DNA of 64,000 nucleotides. It comes from an uncultured Gemmatimonadales bacterium (GTDB lineage Bacteria; Gemmatimonadota; Gemmatimonadetes; Gemmatimonadales; Gemmatimonadaceae). The first letter of the stretch is position 1, and every line of letters starts with the position of its first letter. The position numbers and the translations under genes were made by a program. Of the stretch, positions 27,369 to 37,688 are shown in pieces. The notes below the pieces were generated by a model that worked only from the letters and a program-made list of their open reading frames with translations, was not told the DNA's origin and searched no databases. The stretch spans positions 2,304,001 through 2,368,000 of the forward strand of contig OY969695.1 of NCBI GenBank assembly GCA_963701965.1, read 5' to 3'.

Positions 27369-28934
27369 ATGAACGAACGCCGACGCCCCCATCGTCGCGG
27401 CCGTGGGCCTCGCCCCTTTGGCCGTCAGCAACCCGATCAGACGGGCGAGCCGAATCCTTATCGTGACGTTCCCGATGAAGGAGGCGGCGCCGAATCGACT
27501 GCCGCGACCGGCTTGAGTCAGGGCCCGCCGGATCCGGGCAGCGAGGGACCGCCGCGCGAGGCCGCGGACGACGCGACGGGATTCGCGTCCGAGCCGACGG
27601 AACCAGTCAATACCGTACAACCGAACGATCCGCCGTCGCCGCAGCGACCCAGGCCCGAAGGCGGATACCAAGGGAACCAGCCGCAGCACAATCACCAGCA
27701 CAACGGCCGCCGGCACCAGCAGCCCCACGGGCAGGGCGGCGGACGACGCAATCGCGGGCGCGGTCCGCGCCGCGAGCATCAGCCGGCCCCGCAAGGTCCG
27801 CCAGCGCCGATCACGCCGGACGGCAATGTCGCCGGGTGGTTCGACTCGGCGCGCGAGGGCGGATTCATTCGCCGCGCCACGAACAGCTATCTCGCCGAGA
27901 ATGGCGACGCCTTCGTGCCGCCGCATCTGGTGCGGCAATACGCGCTCCGGCGCGGTGACGCCGTGATCGGCACCGTCGGACGCGACGCCCGCGGCCGCGT
28001 GACGCTGGTCGAAGCGACGCTGATCAACGACAGTGAGCCGGCGCAGATGCTGCGCCGCCCCGACTTCAGCTCGCTGACGGCCGAGTATCCGGACCGGAAG
28101 CTGACGCTGGAGACCGGGCGGCCCGCCAAGGGCGGACCCGAGCTGACGCGCCGGGCCATCGATCTCATCGCCCCGATCGGCTACGGCCAGCGGGCGCTGA
28201 TCGTGGCGCCGGCGCGGGCTGGAAAGACGATGCTGCTCCAGGCGATCACCGAGGGCGTGGCGATCAATCATCCCAACGCGGTGCTCCTGGTGCTGCTCGT
28301 GGATGAACGGCCGGAAGAAGTCAGCGAGATGATCACCTGGGGTTACGGCGAGGTCGTGGCGTCGAGCTTCGACCAGCCGGCCGAACGGCACGTCAATGTC
28401 GCCGAGATGGTGCTGGAGCGCTCCCGGCGGCTCGTCGAGATGGGGAAAGACGTTGTGATCGTGCTCGACTCGATCACGCGCCTGGCCCGCGGCCACAACA
28501 CCGTGGAGCGAGGCACGGGTCGCACGCTTTCCGGCGGCCTCAATGCCACCGCCATGGCCAAGCCCAAGGCGTTTTTCGGCTCGGCGCGCGCCGTGGCCGG
28601 CACGGTCGGCGGCGGATCGCTGACGATCATCGCCACCGCGCTCGTCGAGACCGGGTCGCGGATGGACGACGTCATCTTCGAGGAATTCAAGGGAACGGGC
28701 AACTCGGAGATCAAATTGGACCGCTCGCTCGCCGAGAAGCGCATTTTCCCGGCCATCGACATCGCGACCAGCGGCACGCGGCGCGAGGAGAAGTTGTTCC
28801 GGCCGGATCAACTCGACGGCGTGTATACGTTGCGCCGCGGCTTGCAGCAGATGCCTCCGCAGTCGGCCATGGAATGGTTGATCAAGCGGATCGCCGCCAC
28901 GGCCAACAACGACGCGTTGCTTTCGGGGTTGTAG
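27369..28934 (+). CDS. rho: Transcription termination factor Rho with long N-terminal disordered region
   Basis: PIGYGQR, APARAGKT, DERPEEV, LDSITRLAR, EEFKGTGN and SGTRREE motifs. Confidence 0.97.
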   Translation: MNERRRPHRRGRGPRPFGRQQPDQTGEPNPYRDVPDEGGGAESTAATGLSQGPPDPGSEGPPREAADDATGFASEPTEPVNTVQPNDPPSPQRPRPEGGYQGNQPQHNHQHNGRRHQQPHGQGGGRRNRGRGPRREHQPAPQGPPAPITPDGNVAGWFDSAREGGFIRRATNSYLAENGDAFVPPHLVRQYALRRGDAVIGTVGRDARGRVTLVEATLINDSEPAQMLRRPDFSSLTAEYPDRKLTLETGRPAKGGPELTRRAIDLIAPIGYGQRALIVAPARAGKTMLLQAITEGVAINHPNAVLLVLLVDERPEEVSEMITWGYGEVVASSFDQPAERHVNVAEMVLERSRRLVEMGKDVVIVLDSITRLARGHNTVERGTGRTLSGGLNATAMAKPKAFFGSARAVAGTVGGGSLTIIATALVETGSRMDDVIFEEFKGTGNSEIKLDRSLAEKRIFPAIDIATSGTRREEKLFRPDQLDGVYTLRRGLQQMPPQSAMEWLIKRIAATANNDALLSGL

Positions 28935-28943
28935 GTCCGCGCC

Positions 28944-31298
28944 TTGCTCATGGGCAAGGCGGTGCGGTGGATCATCTGGAGCGGGTTGATTTCAGCGAGC
29001 GTCGCGGCGCAGGACGTGCGCGCCCCGACCCGACGCGATCGTCCCGAAGTCACGAAGGTCCGGTTCGAGGGAGTCGTGCATCTCGACGCCGGCACCTTGG
29101 CCGATGGCATCGGCACGCAGGCCTCGCATTGCAAGAACGTGCTCTTGGAGCCGTTCTGCGTCTTCTGGAAGACGCCCCTCTTCTACCAGCGTGAGTACCT
29201 CGATCGCGAGGAGCTCAAGCGGGACGTCATCCGGGCGCTGATCTACTACTACAAGCGCGGCTACCGCGACGCGGTCGTCGACACGGCGATCGTGCCCCCC
29301 TCCGGCACCGCGGTTCAGGTCGTATTTCGCGTCACGGAAGGCAAGCCCACGCGGCTGACCCGGATACAGATCGATACGCCTCCGGGCCTGTTGTCCAAAC
29401 GCGCGCTCGGCAGCAAAACGGTGCGGATCCACGTCGGACAGCGCTTCGACCTGTTCGCCCTGGACTCGACCGTCACCAACATCCAACACGCCCTGTGGGC
29501 CCGCGGATACGCCGAGGCGCGCGTCGATACCAATACGACGCTGGCGGGCGGCGACAGCGCGGGACCGGTCGCGGCGGTCCGTCTGACCGTGAATCCCGGC
29601 AAGGTCAACACCGTCGGCGCGATCAGCATCGCGCGCGACGCGGGCGCCAAGGTGTCGGAGCAGACGGTCCGCCGATCGCTCACGTTTCGCGAGGGCGCGC
29701 TGTACAAGCGCGGCGAGGTCCAGTCCGACCAACGCACGCTGTATCAATCCGGGATGTTCCGGCGCGTGGGGATCACCGCGGCCCACGATACCACGCCGGG
29801 GCGCGACAGCGTGCGGAACATCCAGGTCCAGGTGAGCGAGGCGCCGCTGCGCGATCTGCAGAACCAGGTCGGGTTCAGTACAGTCGAGTTCTTCCAGGTC
29901 TCGAGCCGGTTCCAGAGCTACAATTTTCTGGGGGGCGGCCGGGTGCTCACGGTCACGGGCGGCCTGTCGAACCTTTTCGCGTCGGCGCTCAACGGCAAAG
30001 GGCCGTTCACCAATGTGATCGCCGCATCCGGCGCCGGCGACTTCGGCATCGACACGCGGCCGTTTCTCGAACCGACGTGGCAGCTGGGCCTCGATCTCAC
30101 GCAGCCCTGGTTCCTTGCCCCGCAGAACTCGCTGGGCGTCGGGTTGTTTGCCCGGCGGCGGAGCGCGCCCGGCGTGTTTATCGACTACGGCTATGGCGCC
30201 AACGTGACGTTCACCCGCCAGGTGTTCGATCGGGCGGCGCTCTCCTTTCGCTACCAGTACGAGCTGACGAAGACGGACGCGGCCGACGTGTACTATTGCG
30301 TGAACTTCGGCATCTGCGACCAGCCGACGATCGACGCGTTCAATCACAAGTTCCAGTCGCTCTCGCCGCTGTCGGTCGCCCTGACGATCGACCACACCAA
30401 CAACGAGTACTATTCCGTCGGCTACCCGACGAGCGGATACGCGATCAAGAGCGAGCTGTCGCACGCGTCGGCGCTCACCTTGTCCGACTTCCGGTACAAC
30501 CGTGCCGTCGTCGACGCGGCATGGTATCACGCGATCGGGGTTCCGCGCGGCGTACTCGCCCTGCGGGCCCGCGCGGGCTGGGTCCACGCGCTGGCCAGCA
30601 CGACGAAAGCACTCGGCGACACGGGATCGGCGGCGATCTTGAATCCGCGGGTCCGGTTCTACGCGGGCGGCGCGAACTCGGTGCGCGGTTTCGGTGAGAA
30701 TCTGCTGGGTCCCCGCATTTTGACCATCCCCCCGGATTCCCTCCGCTACAAAGTGGCGAAGATCAGCACGCACGTGAACAGCCTGTTCGTCTTCTGTCCA
30801 CCGTCAACACCGATCCAGGAGTGCCCGCTCAATCCGGCGCCGATCGGCTACACCGGAGCGGAAGGCAAGCCGGCCAAAGCGGTCCTGAGCGACAACGAGT
30901 TCACCGTCCGCCCGCTGGGCGGCGATCAGGTGCTCGAGGGGAGCGTCGAGTACCGGTTCCCGTTGGCGGGCGCCCTCGGCGCCGCGCTGTTCGTCGATGG
31001 CGCGATCGTCGGGGCCGGTAGCGACAATCAATCCCAGCCGGTGCAGACGGCGGGCGCGATCACGCCGGGCTTCGGCATTCGATACTATTCGTCGGTTGGG
31101 GCGATCCGCATCGACTTGGGTCTCAATCCGGTGACGACCGACAACCTGATCGTGCTCACGCAGGTGGGGGCGGGGCCGACCGCGACGCTGGTCCAGGTCA
31201 AAGGACACCGCACGTACGCGCCGGCGATCACCGAGGCGAGCTTCGCGGCCTTTTTCCAGCGGGTCCAGCTCCATCTCTCCATCGGCCAGGCGTTCTGA
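28944..31298 (+). CDS. tamA: Omp85-family outer-membrane protein (TamA/BamA-like)
   Basis: POTRA-like repeats (YKRGY, WARGY), FYAGGANSVRGF, GFGIRY..GAIRID and C-terminal SIGQAF. Confidence 0.85.
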   Translation: MLMGKAVRWIIWSGLISASVAAQDVRAPTRRDRPEVTKVRFEGVVHLDAGTLADGIGTQASHCKNVLLEPFCVFWKTPLFYQREYLDREELKRDVIRALIYYYKRGYRDAVVDTAIVPPSGTAVQVVFRVTEGKPTRLTRIQIDTPPGLLSKRALGSKTVRIHVGQRFDLFALDSTVTNIQHALWARGYAEARVDTNTTLAGGDSAGPVAAVRLTVNPGKVNTVGAISIARDAGAKVSEQTVRRSLTFREGALYKRGEVQSDQRTLYQSGMFRRVGITAAHDTTPGRDSVRNIQVQVSEAPLRDLQNQVGFSTVEFFQVSSRFQSYNFLGGGRVLTVTGGLSNLFASALNGKGPFTNVIAASGAGDFGIDTRPFLEPTWQLGLDLTQPWFLAPQNSLGVGLFARRRSAPGVFIDYGYGANVTFTRQVFDRAALSFRYQYELTKTDAADVYYCVNFGICDQPTIDAFNHKFQSLSPLSVALTIDHTNNEYYSVGYPTSGYAIKSELSHASALTLSDFRYNRAVVDAAWYHAIGVPRGVLALRARAGWVHALASTTKALGDTGSAAILNPRVRFYAGGANSVRGFGENLLGPRILTIPPDSLRYKVAKISTHVNSLFVFCPPSTPIQECPLNPAPIGYTGAEGKPAKAVLSDNEFTVRPLGGDQVLEGSVEYRFPLAGALGAALFVDGAIVGAGSDNQSQPVQTAGAITPGFGIRYYSSVGAIRIDLGLNPVTTDNLIVLTQVGAGPTATLVQVKGHRTYAPAITEASFAAFFQRVQLHLSIGQAF

Positions 31299-34200
31299 TG
31301 CGCGCCCTGCGCTGGATCGTGGGAATCGCCGCCACGGTGATCGCGCTGTCCGTGGGCACGCTCCTCATCCTGACGCAAACGGACTTCGGGCGCGAGCGCC
31401 TGCGCCGCTTGGCGCTGGGGATCGTGAACAAGAGCGTGCATGGCATCGTCCGCATCGGACACCTGAGTGGGAATCTGCTCACCGGTCTCCAGGCGGACGA
31501 CATCGCGATCACGGACAGCGCGGGCGCGCCGTTCGTGGCGGCGCGCCACGCGTCGGTGGGCTACGCGTTGGGTGATCTCTTACACCAGCGTCTGACGTTC
31601 TTCGACGTGCGCGTCGATCATCCCGTGGTCGTGATCGACCAGTCGGCGGACGGAGTCTGGAACTTCCAGCGCATCTTCGTCCCGTCCCATGCCCCGAAGG
31701 ACACGACGAAGCATGGGTTCGGCGATTGGATCGCGCTGCGGAATGTGCGCATCGTCGACGGCCGGTTCGTCATGCGGCGGCCGTGGAAGACCGACAGCGC
31801 CCCGCCGCCCGACGCCCGCCTCGTGATCGTCGGCGGGCCGGGGACGTATCAGCAAGTCATGGAGGCCGGCGCGATCAACGCGACGTTGCCGGTCGTGCGT
31901 GTGGCGGATCCGGCGTACAAGGACAAGCTGGCGCAGATCGCGACGCTCAACACCGATCTCGCGCTGTTCAAGCCGCCGATCGCCCGCGTCGATGATCTGG
32001 TCGCGACGGTGCATCTGAGCGACGACTCGCTGTGGTTCCGCGATGCGCGGCTGGCCATGCCGGGATCGACCATCGGGGTCGGCGGGCGATATGGGCTCAA
32101 GACCGAGGATCTGGACGTCACGGCGCAGGCCCGGCCGGCGGCGCTGGCGGCCCTCCGGTTTGCCTACCCGGCGTTGCCGAGCCAAGGCACGGTCGCGGCG
32201 GGCGTCGTCGTGCGTTGGCGGGGCAAGTCGCAGGATTACACCGTGAGCGGCCTCGACCTGCGTACGGGCGCGGCGCGCGCGGCGGGACATGTCGGCTTGC
32301 ACATGGGGGATTCGCTGGCGCTGGTGGGCACCCGTCTGACGTTCTCGGGGATCGACACCCGGCTCATCCATCAGGTCGTGCCCGGGGTCAAGATTCCGCG
32401 CCAAGGCGTGTTCTCGGGTAGCGCCGCGATCAATGGTAGTCTCCGCCACACGAAGCTCGACGCCGATATCGGCTTCGACGATGCGCGCGCGGGCCCGAGT
32501 CGCCTCGTCGCGCTCGGCGCCGTTGGCATCGACAGCACGAAGAACGGTCGGGTGGTCAGTGCGGAGGATCTCACGCTGACGCTGGATCAGGTCCGCGTCG
32601 CGCTGGCGCGCACGTTCGTCAAAACGCTGCCCATCGGGGGGGCGCTCTCCGGCAACGTGCATCTCGACGGATCCACCGTCACGGAGCTGACGGCGGACGC
32701 CGATCTGACGCATGTCATGCGGGGGCAACGGTCACACGTGACCGCGAACGCCAGCGCGGAGTTCAGCGGGCGGCCGCGCAATCATCCGTGGATCGATGTG
32801 AGCGCGGTAGCCGACCCCGTGTCGCTCGTCGTCGCCGGGCGCTTCGCGCCGGCGGCCGATCTCCGCGGCAGCGTCTCCGGCGTGACGCGCGTCACCGGCG
32901 ATCTCGGCGACCTGACGGTCCACTCGCGTCTCGTCGTCGCCGGCACCCCTCCGCGCCGCCGCCTCCCCGACACCCTCGTCGTCGTCGCCCCCGCCCCGGC
33001 GCCGCCGGTCACCGCTCCTGCCGCGCCACGCGATACCGCACCGGCAGCACCGGCAGCACCGGCAGCACCGGCAGCGCCAGGAGCGCCAGCAGCACCCACG
33101 CCCGCAGCGCCCGCGCCCGCAGCGCCCGCAGCGCCCGCAGCGCCCGCAGCGCCTGCGCCCGCCGCCGCGGGCGCGGACACGACGCACCGCGCGGGAGTGT
33201 CACTCCAACAGGCTTTGGCAGCGGGAGCGGTCACGAGCGAAGAAGTCCGGAGCGGTGTCCTACGGCCAACGCCTCCTCCGGTCCCGGGACCGCCGCCGGG
33301 CCGCGCCGGCCGCGAGCGCCTGTCGCTCTACCCGGGCCGCCTCGGCGCGACACCGAGCCCGGACAGCGTCCGCGCACGCGAAGCGCCGCGCGCGGACACA
33401 GCGGGCCTGGTGACGCTCGATGGCCACCTCGACCTCGCGTCGCCCGAGCGCGCGTATGACCTCCATCTGCGGGCGTCGTTGCTAGACGCACAGCTGGTCA
33501 CGTCCAAGGCGCCAGCGACGTCGGTGACGGCCACGGCCGCGATATTCGGCCACGGCACCGCACTGCCCACGATGGACGCGCACCTCGCCGCGGATGTGGC
33601 CACGTCGGTCTTCGACAGCATCGCGATCGACACGCTGACACTTCGCGCAAGCCTCGCCAACGGCGTGCTCCAGATCGACACGGCCCACGCCCGGCTACCG
33701 GGTTCAGCGGCGGATATCGCGGGCAACATCGGCCTGGTGGCCGGCCGCACCGGACGCCTCACGTACCGCGTGGCTCTCGACTCGTTGTCCACGCTCCGCC
33801 GCTTCTTCCCAGCCGACACCGGCATGCTGCGCCCAGGCCCCGGCCGGCTGGCCGAGGCCTACGCGCGCGCCCTCGGCGACACGCTGGGCACGGGGCGCCC
33901 GTTCGAGCTCCAACAGGCGATCGACACGATGGCCATGCGCCGCGACGTCTTGAGCGGCCATATCCGCGCCGCCGGCGTCGTCACCGGCTCGATCCAACGC
34001 TTCGATGTCCGCGGCCGCGCCGCCGCCACCGACATCATCGCGATGGAAAAAACCGTACGCCGGATGCGCGCCGAGTACTCCTGGCTCGGCGCACCCAGCC
34101 TGACGTCCCCGATCATCGCCGGCATTCAACTCGACACGATAGCCGCCGGCAGCTTCTCGCTCGACAGCATCGACGCCCGTATCGTCTATCACAAACCCGA

Positions 34201-36382
34201 CGGCCATCTGATCCTGCTGGTCCGCCAACGCGGCATTCCGTCGACGCCGGGCGGCCCCCCCACGCACGACCAGGAATACACGGCGGACGTCGGGTTCGGC
34301 CTCAAGCTCGACGAGCACGAGCTCCGCCTGCACTCGCTGGCCCTGACGTTCGACACCACGACGTGGACGTCACCGCCCGCCCCCGCCCAGCCGGGCCTCG
34401 TGCAGTGGAGCGACAAACGCATCGACGTGCACAACGTGGCCTTGAGCAACGGCCGCGGCGGCTCGATCGCCGTCGAGGCCGCCCTGCCCAAATCGGGCCC
34501 GCTCTCGGCCCACCTGGCCGTCCAGCACCTGGAGGCCGGCGACCTCGTCGCGCTGGCCGAGAGCAAGCTGATCGCCCGCGGCGACGTCACGCTCGACGCC
34601 GAGCTGTCGGGCACCGCGGAGTCGCCGCGGTTCACCGGCAACGCGACGATCGCCAACGGCACGTACGACGGACACATCGTGCCCGACGTGCGCTCGACAT
34701 TCAGCTACGACGGCACCACGCTGACCGGGCACGGCGAGCTCGCCACCAACGTCGGCCCAACCCCGGGCGTCGTGTTCGCGGCCGCTGACGGCCACGTGCC
34801 GATCGATCTCGGCTTCAACCATCCGGACAGCGTCTCGCGGCTCCCGAGCGACGGCCCGCTGTCCCTCGACATCAACTCCGACAGCCTGCCGCTGGAGCTG
34901 ACACCCGAGGTCGTCTCCACCGTCAGCGACGTGCAGGGACGTGCGGCGGTGCACCTCGCCGTCCGCGGCACGATCAAGAATCCGCAGCCCCGCGGCGCCG
35001 TCACCCTCGAGGGCGGTACCGTTCTGATCGTTCCCCTCGGCATTCGCTTGACGAAAGCCGCCGCCAACATCCGCGTGACGCCGGACTCGATCGTCGTCGA
35101 TTCGCTGGTGGCCACGAGCCAAGGGCATCTCCGGATGGCCGGCTCGGTCGACCTCTCCCAACGGGACGCGCTGCCGGCCGACCTCGTGCTCACCGGACAG
35201 GACGTCCGCGTGATCAATACGAAGGAGCGCGGCTGGGCGGTCGTCGACGACTCACTGGAGCTGTCGGGGCCGTTGACCGCGTTCAACTTCTCCGGTCCCG
35301 CGGTGCACGCGGTTCTCGGCGGACGCGTACACATCACCGATGGCGTGTTCTACGCCCCCGATGTCGGGCAGCGGACGCCGATCGATCTCATCGATCCGGT
35401 CGTCGCCAAGGTCGCCGATACGACGGACCGCGCCACGCAGAACGCGATCCCCCACCCGAACCAGCTGCTGAGCCGCCTGCTCATGGACGTCGAGCTGGAA
35501 GTCGATCCGCAGGTATGGGTGCGAAACAAGGACGCCAATGTCGAGATCTATACCGACGGCCCGGTCACGATGCGCATCGAGAGTCGGCGCCGCAACCTGG
35601 TGATGGACGGGCTGGTCGCCACCGAACGCGGGCAATACACGTTCATGAGCAAGCGATTCCAGATCACGAAAGGGACGGCCAACTTCGTCGGATCGAGCGA
35701 TCTCAATCCGTCGGTGCAAGCCACCGCCGTGTATCCGGTCAGCGTGCCGGGCCGCGAACCCATCAACATCCAGATCAACATCGGCGGCACGGCGCTCACC
35801 CCGACGGTGGCGCTCACCAGCGACGCCCAACCGCCGTTGTCGCAGTCGGACCTGATCTCGTACCTGGCGTTCGGCACGTCGTCGTCGTCGCTGCTCCCGC
35901 AAAGCAGCGGCGGGGGCGGGGGCGCCGGCACCGCGTCCAGCGGCCTGCCGATCGGTGAAGCGGGCCAGTACGTTCAGCAACAGCTGGCCAGCGTCGCCCT
36001 CGGGACGCTCACGCAGCAGGTGCAGGGCGACATCGCGCGCTCGCTCGACGCCAATGTCTTCAACATCACGAACAACACCGGCACGCCGCTGGAGTTGTCG
36101 CAAGCCGGCGTTACGAATTTTCTGGCGTCGACGCGGATCGAGTTCGGGAAGTATTGGACACCGCAGACTTACGTCGCGCTCAATGCCTCGCTTGCGGGCT
36201 GGAGCACGAGTCCCCCCGGCGTCTTGGTCCAACACCGCTTCGGCCTCCGGACGTCGGTCCAGGCGACGTACCAGCCGTACTATCTGCTCCAGCAGCCGAC
36301 CCTACTGCCCCTGACCGCGGGCCAGGGGTTCTTCCCCACGCAGGTGTTCGGTCTCTTCTTGCTCCGGGAGTGGCGATTCTAG
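31298..36382 (+). CDS. tamB: Translocation and assembly module TamB/AsmA-like protein
   Basis: N-terminal anchor, long beta-rich body, C-terminal DUF490-like LTSDAQPPLSQSDLISYLAFG and EFGKY. Coupled to tamA. Confidence 0.85.
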   Translation: MRALRWIVGIAATVIALSVGTLLILTQTDFGRERLRRLALGIVNKSVHGIVRIGHLSGNLLTGLQADDIAITDSAGAPFVAARHASVGYALGDLLHQRLTFFDVRVDHPVVVIDQSADGVWNFQRIFVPSHAPKDTTKHGFGDWIALRNVRIVDGRFVMRRPWKTDSAPPPDARLVIVGGPGTYQQVMEAGAINATLPVVRVADPAYKDKLAQIATLNTDLALFKPPIARVDDLVATVHLSDDSLWFRDARLAMPGSTIGVGGRYGLKTEDLDVTAQARPAALAALRFAYPALPSQGTVAAGVVVRWRGKSQDYTVSGLDLRTGAARAAGHVGLHMGDSLALVGTRLTFSGIDTRLIHQVVPGVKIPRQGVFSGSAAINGSLRHTKLDADIGFDDARAGPSRLVALGAVGIDSTKNGRVVSAEDLTLTLDQVRVALARTFVKTLPIGGALSGNVHLDGSTVTELTADADLTHVMRGQRSHVTANASAEFSGRPRNHPWIDVSAVADPVSLVVAGRFAPAADLRGSVSGVTRVTGDLGDLTVHSRLVVAGTPPRRRLPDTLVVVAPAPAPPVTAPAAPRDTAPAAPAAPAAPAAPGAPAAPTPAAPAPAAPAAPAAPAAPAPAAAGADTTHRAGVSLQQALAAGAVTSEEVRSGVLRPTPPPVPGPPPGRAGRERLSLYPGRLGATPSPDSVRAREAPRADTAGLVTLDGHLDLASPERAYDLHLRASLLDAQLVTSKAPATSVTATAAIFGHGTALPTMDAHLAADVATSVFDSIAIDTLTLRASLANGVLQIDTAHARLPGSAADIAGNIGLVAGRTGRLTYRVALDSLSTLRRFFPADTGMLRPGPGRLAEAYARALGDTLGTGRPFELQQAIDTMAMRRDVLSGHIRAAGVVTGSIQRFDVRGRAAATDIIAMEKTVRRMRAEYSWLGAPSLTSPIIAGIQLDTIAAGSFSLDSIDARIVYHKPDGHLILLVRQRGIPSTPGGPPTHDQEYTADVGFGLKLDEHELRLHSLALTFDTTTWTSPPAPAQPGLVQWSDKRIDVHNVALSNGRGGSIAVEAALPKSGPLSAHLAVQHLEAGDLVALAESKLIARGDVTLDAELSGTAESPRFTGNATIANGTYDGHIVPDVRSTFSYDGTTLTGHGELATNVGPTPGVVFAAADGHVPIDLGFNHPDSVSRLPSDGPLSLDINSDSLPLELTPEVVSTVSDVQGRAAVHLAVRGTIKNPQPRGAVTLEGGTVLIVPLGIRLTKAAANIRVTPDSIVVDSLVATSQGHLRMAGSVDLSQRDALPADLVLTGQDVRVINTKERGWAVVDDSLELSGPLTAFNFSGPAVHAVLGGRVHITDGVFYAPDVGQRTPIDLIDPVVAKVADTTDRATQNAIPHPNQLLSRLLMDVELEVDPQVWVRNKDANVEIYTDGPVTMRIESRRRNLVMDGLVATERGQYTFMSKRFQITKGTANFVGSSDLNPSVQATAVYPVSVPGREPINIQINIGGTALTPTVALTSDAQPPLSQSDLISYLAFGTSSSSLLPQSSGGGGGAGTASSGLPIGEAGQYVQQQLASVALGTLTQQVQGDIARSLDANVFNITNNTGTPLELSQAGVTNFLASTRIEFGKYWTPQTYVALNASLAGWSTSPPGVLVQHRFGLRTSVQATYQPYYLLQQPTLLPLTAGQGFFPTQVFGLFLLREWRF
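33038..33151 (+). repeat. In-frame 9-bp tandem repeats in tamB encoding (APA/PAA)n
   Basis: GCACCGGCA x4 (33038-33073), degenerate copies, then CCCGCAGCG x4 (33116-33151). Confidence 0.9.
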
Positions 36383-36424
36383 GTGCGGGCGTATGATCGC
36401 CAGCGTTGAGCATGGAGCCCAGCA

Positions 36425-36483
36425 TTGCGCATACTAAACGCAGTGTTTAGTATAGCGCAATTGTGAAGCCTCTACTAAACGCA
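36425..36483. promoter_or_regulatory. Operator-like inverted repeat upstream of the fic gene
   Basis: TTGCGC-ATACTAAAC-gcagt-GTTTAGTAT-a-GCGCAA (36425-36460), plus a repeat of TACTAAACGCA at 36473-36483. Confidence 0.7.
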
Positions 36484-37668
36484 CCAGCTAACAAAGAAGC
36501 TGGCGGACTCGGAGCGGGACGAGCTGGTCGCTACGTGCGACAGCCACAGGGCTATCGGGCTTTCATCCCGGCTCCTTTGCCACCCGTGCCGCCCCTCCGG
36601 ATCGATGGCGATCTCCAACATCTTCTCTCTGAAGCCGATCGGGCGCTCGGTCGACTAGATGGTTCGGTGCAGACCTTGCCGAACCCGAACCTTTTTGTCT
36701 ACATGTACGTCCGCAAGGAAGCCGTTCTCTCGAGCCAGATCGAAGGAACGCAGAGCTCCTTGCAGGATCTGCTCGCCGCCGAAGCCCATGTTCTGGGCGA
36801 ACGCAGCCCGCGCGATGTCGACGAAGTCGTCAACTATGTCCGCGCCATGAAAACGGGCCTGACTCGACTGGACGAGCTGCCCGTGTCGGTTCGCCTCATC
36901 CGGGAGATTCACGCCGAATTGCTGAAGGGAGTGCGCGGGTCGCGACTCACGCCCGGGGAACTGCGACGCACCCAGAACTGGATTGGTCCCGGCGGCTGCA
37001 CTCTTACCGATGCCACTTTTGTCCCGCCGCCACCAGGGGACGTACCCGAAGCGCTCGGCGCGCTCGAGCATTTTCTCCACGAAAAAGACAAACTGCCGCT
37101 GCTCGTTCAGGTAGGCTTGGCGCATTCCCAGTTCGAGACGATCCATCCATTCCTCGACGGAAACGGTCGCATAGGACGCCTGCTGATCACTTTCCTATTG
37201 TGCGAACGCGGCGCCTTGAGCAAACCGGTGCTCTACATCTCGCATTATTTCAAGCAGCATCGGCAGACGTATTACGAGTTGCTGCAAGCCGTGCGAGATT
37301 CGGGCGACTTCGAGGGATGGCTGAAATTTTTCCTCGAGGGTGTGGCCCAGGTGAGCATTCAGGCGGCCGCCACCGCACGCCGAATCCTCGAGTTGCGAGA
37401 AACACATCGCCGCGAAATCACCGCTCACATGGGTCGGGCGGCCGGCAATGGTCACCGTGTGCTGGAGCGGCTGTACGAGCAGCCCATCATGAGTGTGAAC
37501 GACGTGCAAGACCTGCTGAAGACGACATTCGCCGGCGCCAACGCCATTGTCCGACGGCTGGTCAATCTTGGCGTGCTGCGCGAGTTCACCGGACAGGCAC
37601 GGCACCGTCGCTTTCGATACGACGCCTACGTGCGCTTGTTCGAGGACGAGACGGACGCGGCGCCCTGA
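36463..37668 (+). CDS. Fic family protein (class II, N-terminal inhibitory helix, C-terminal winged HTH)
   Basis: HPFLDGNGRIGR Fic motif and SSQIEG inhibitory motif. More A/T-ending codons than neighbouring genes. Confidence 0.93.
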   Translation: MKPLLNAPANKEAGGLGAGRAGRYVRQPQGYRAFIPAPLPPVPPLRIDGDLQHLLSEADRALGRLDGSVQTLPNPNLFVYMYVRKEAVLSSQIEGTQSSLQDLLAAEAHVLGERSPRDVDEVVNYVRAMKTGLTRLDELPVSVRLIREIHAELLKGVRGSRLTPGELRRTQNWIGPGGCTLTDATFVPPPPGDVPEALGALEHFLHEKDKLPLLVQVGLAHSQFETIHPFLDGNGRIGRLLITFLLCERGALSKPVLYISHYFKQHRQTYYELLQAVRDSGDFEGWLKFFLEGVAQVSIQAAATARRILELRETHRREITAHMGRAAGNGHRVLERLYEQPIMSVNDVQDLLKTTFAGANAIVRRLVNLGVLREFTGQARHRRFRYDAYVRLFEDETDAAP

Positions 37669-37688
37669 CGTCGCGCGACGGTCGAGCA

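Noticed and set aside
33038..33151. CRISPR-like or mobile repeat array
   Set aside because: These are 9-bp tandem units without spacers, in frame within tamB, and no cas genes are present.
36425..36460. Intrinsic terminator or IS end after tamB
   Set aside because: No U-tract, no transposase and no partner repeat downstream of fic. The extra half-site favours an operator.
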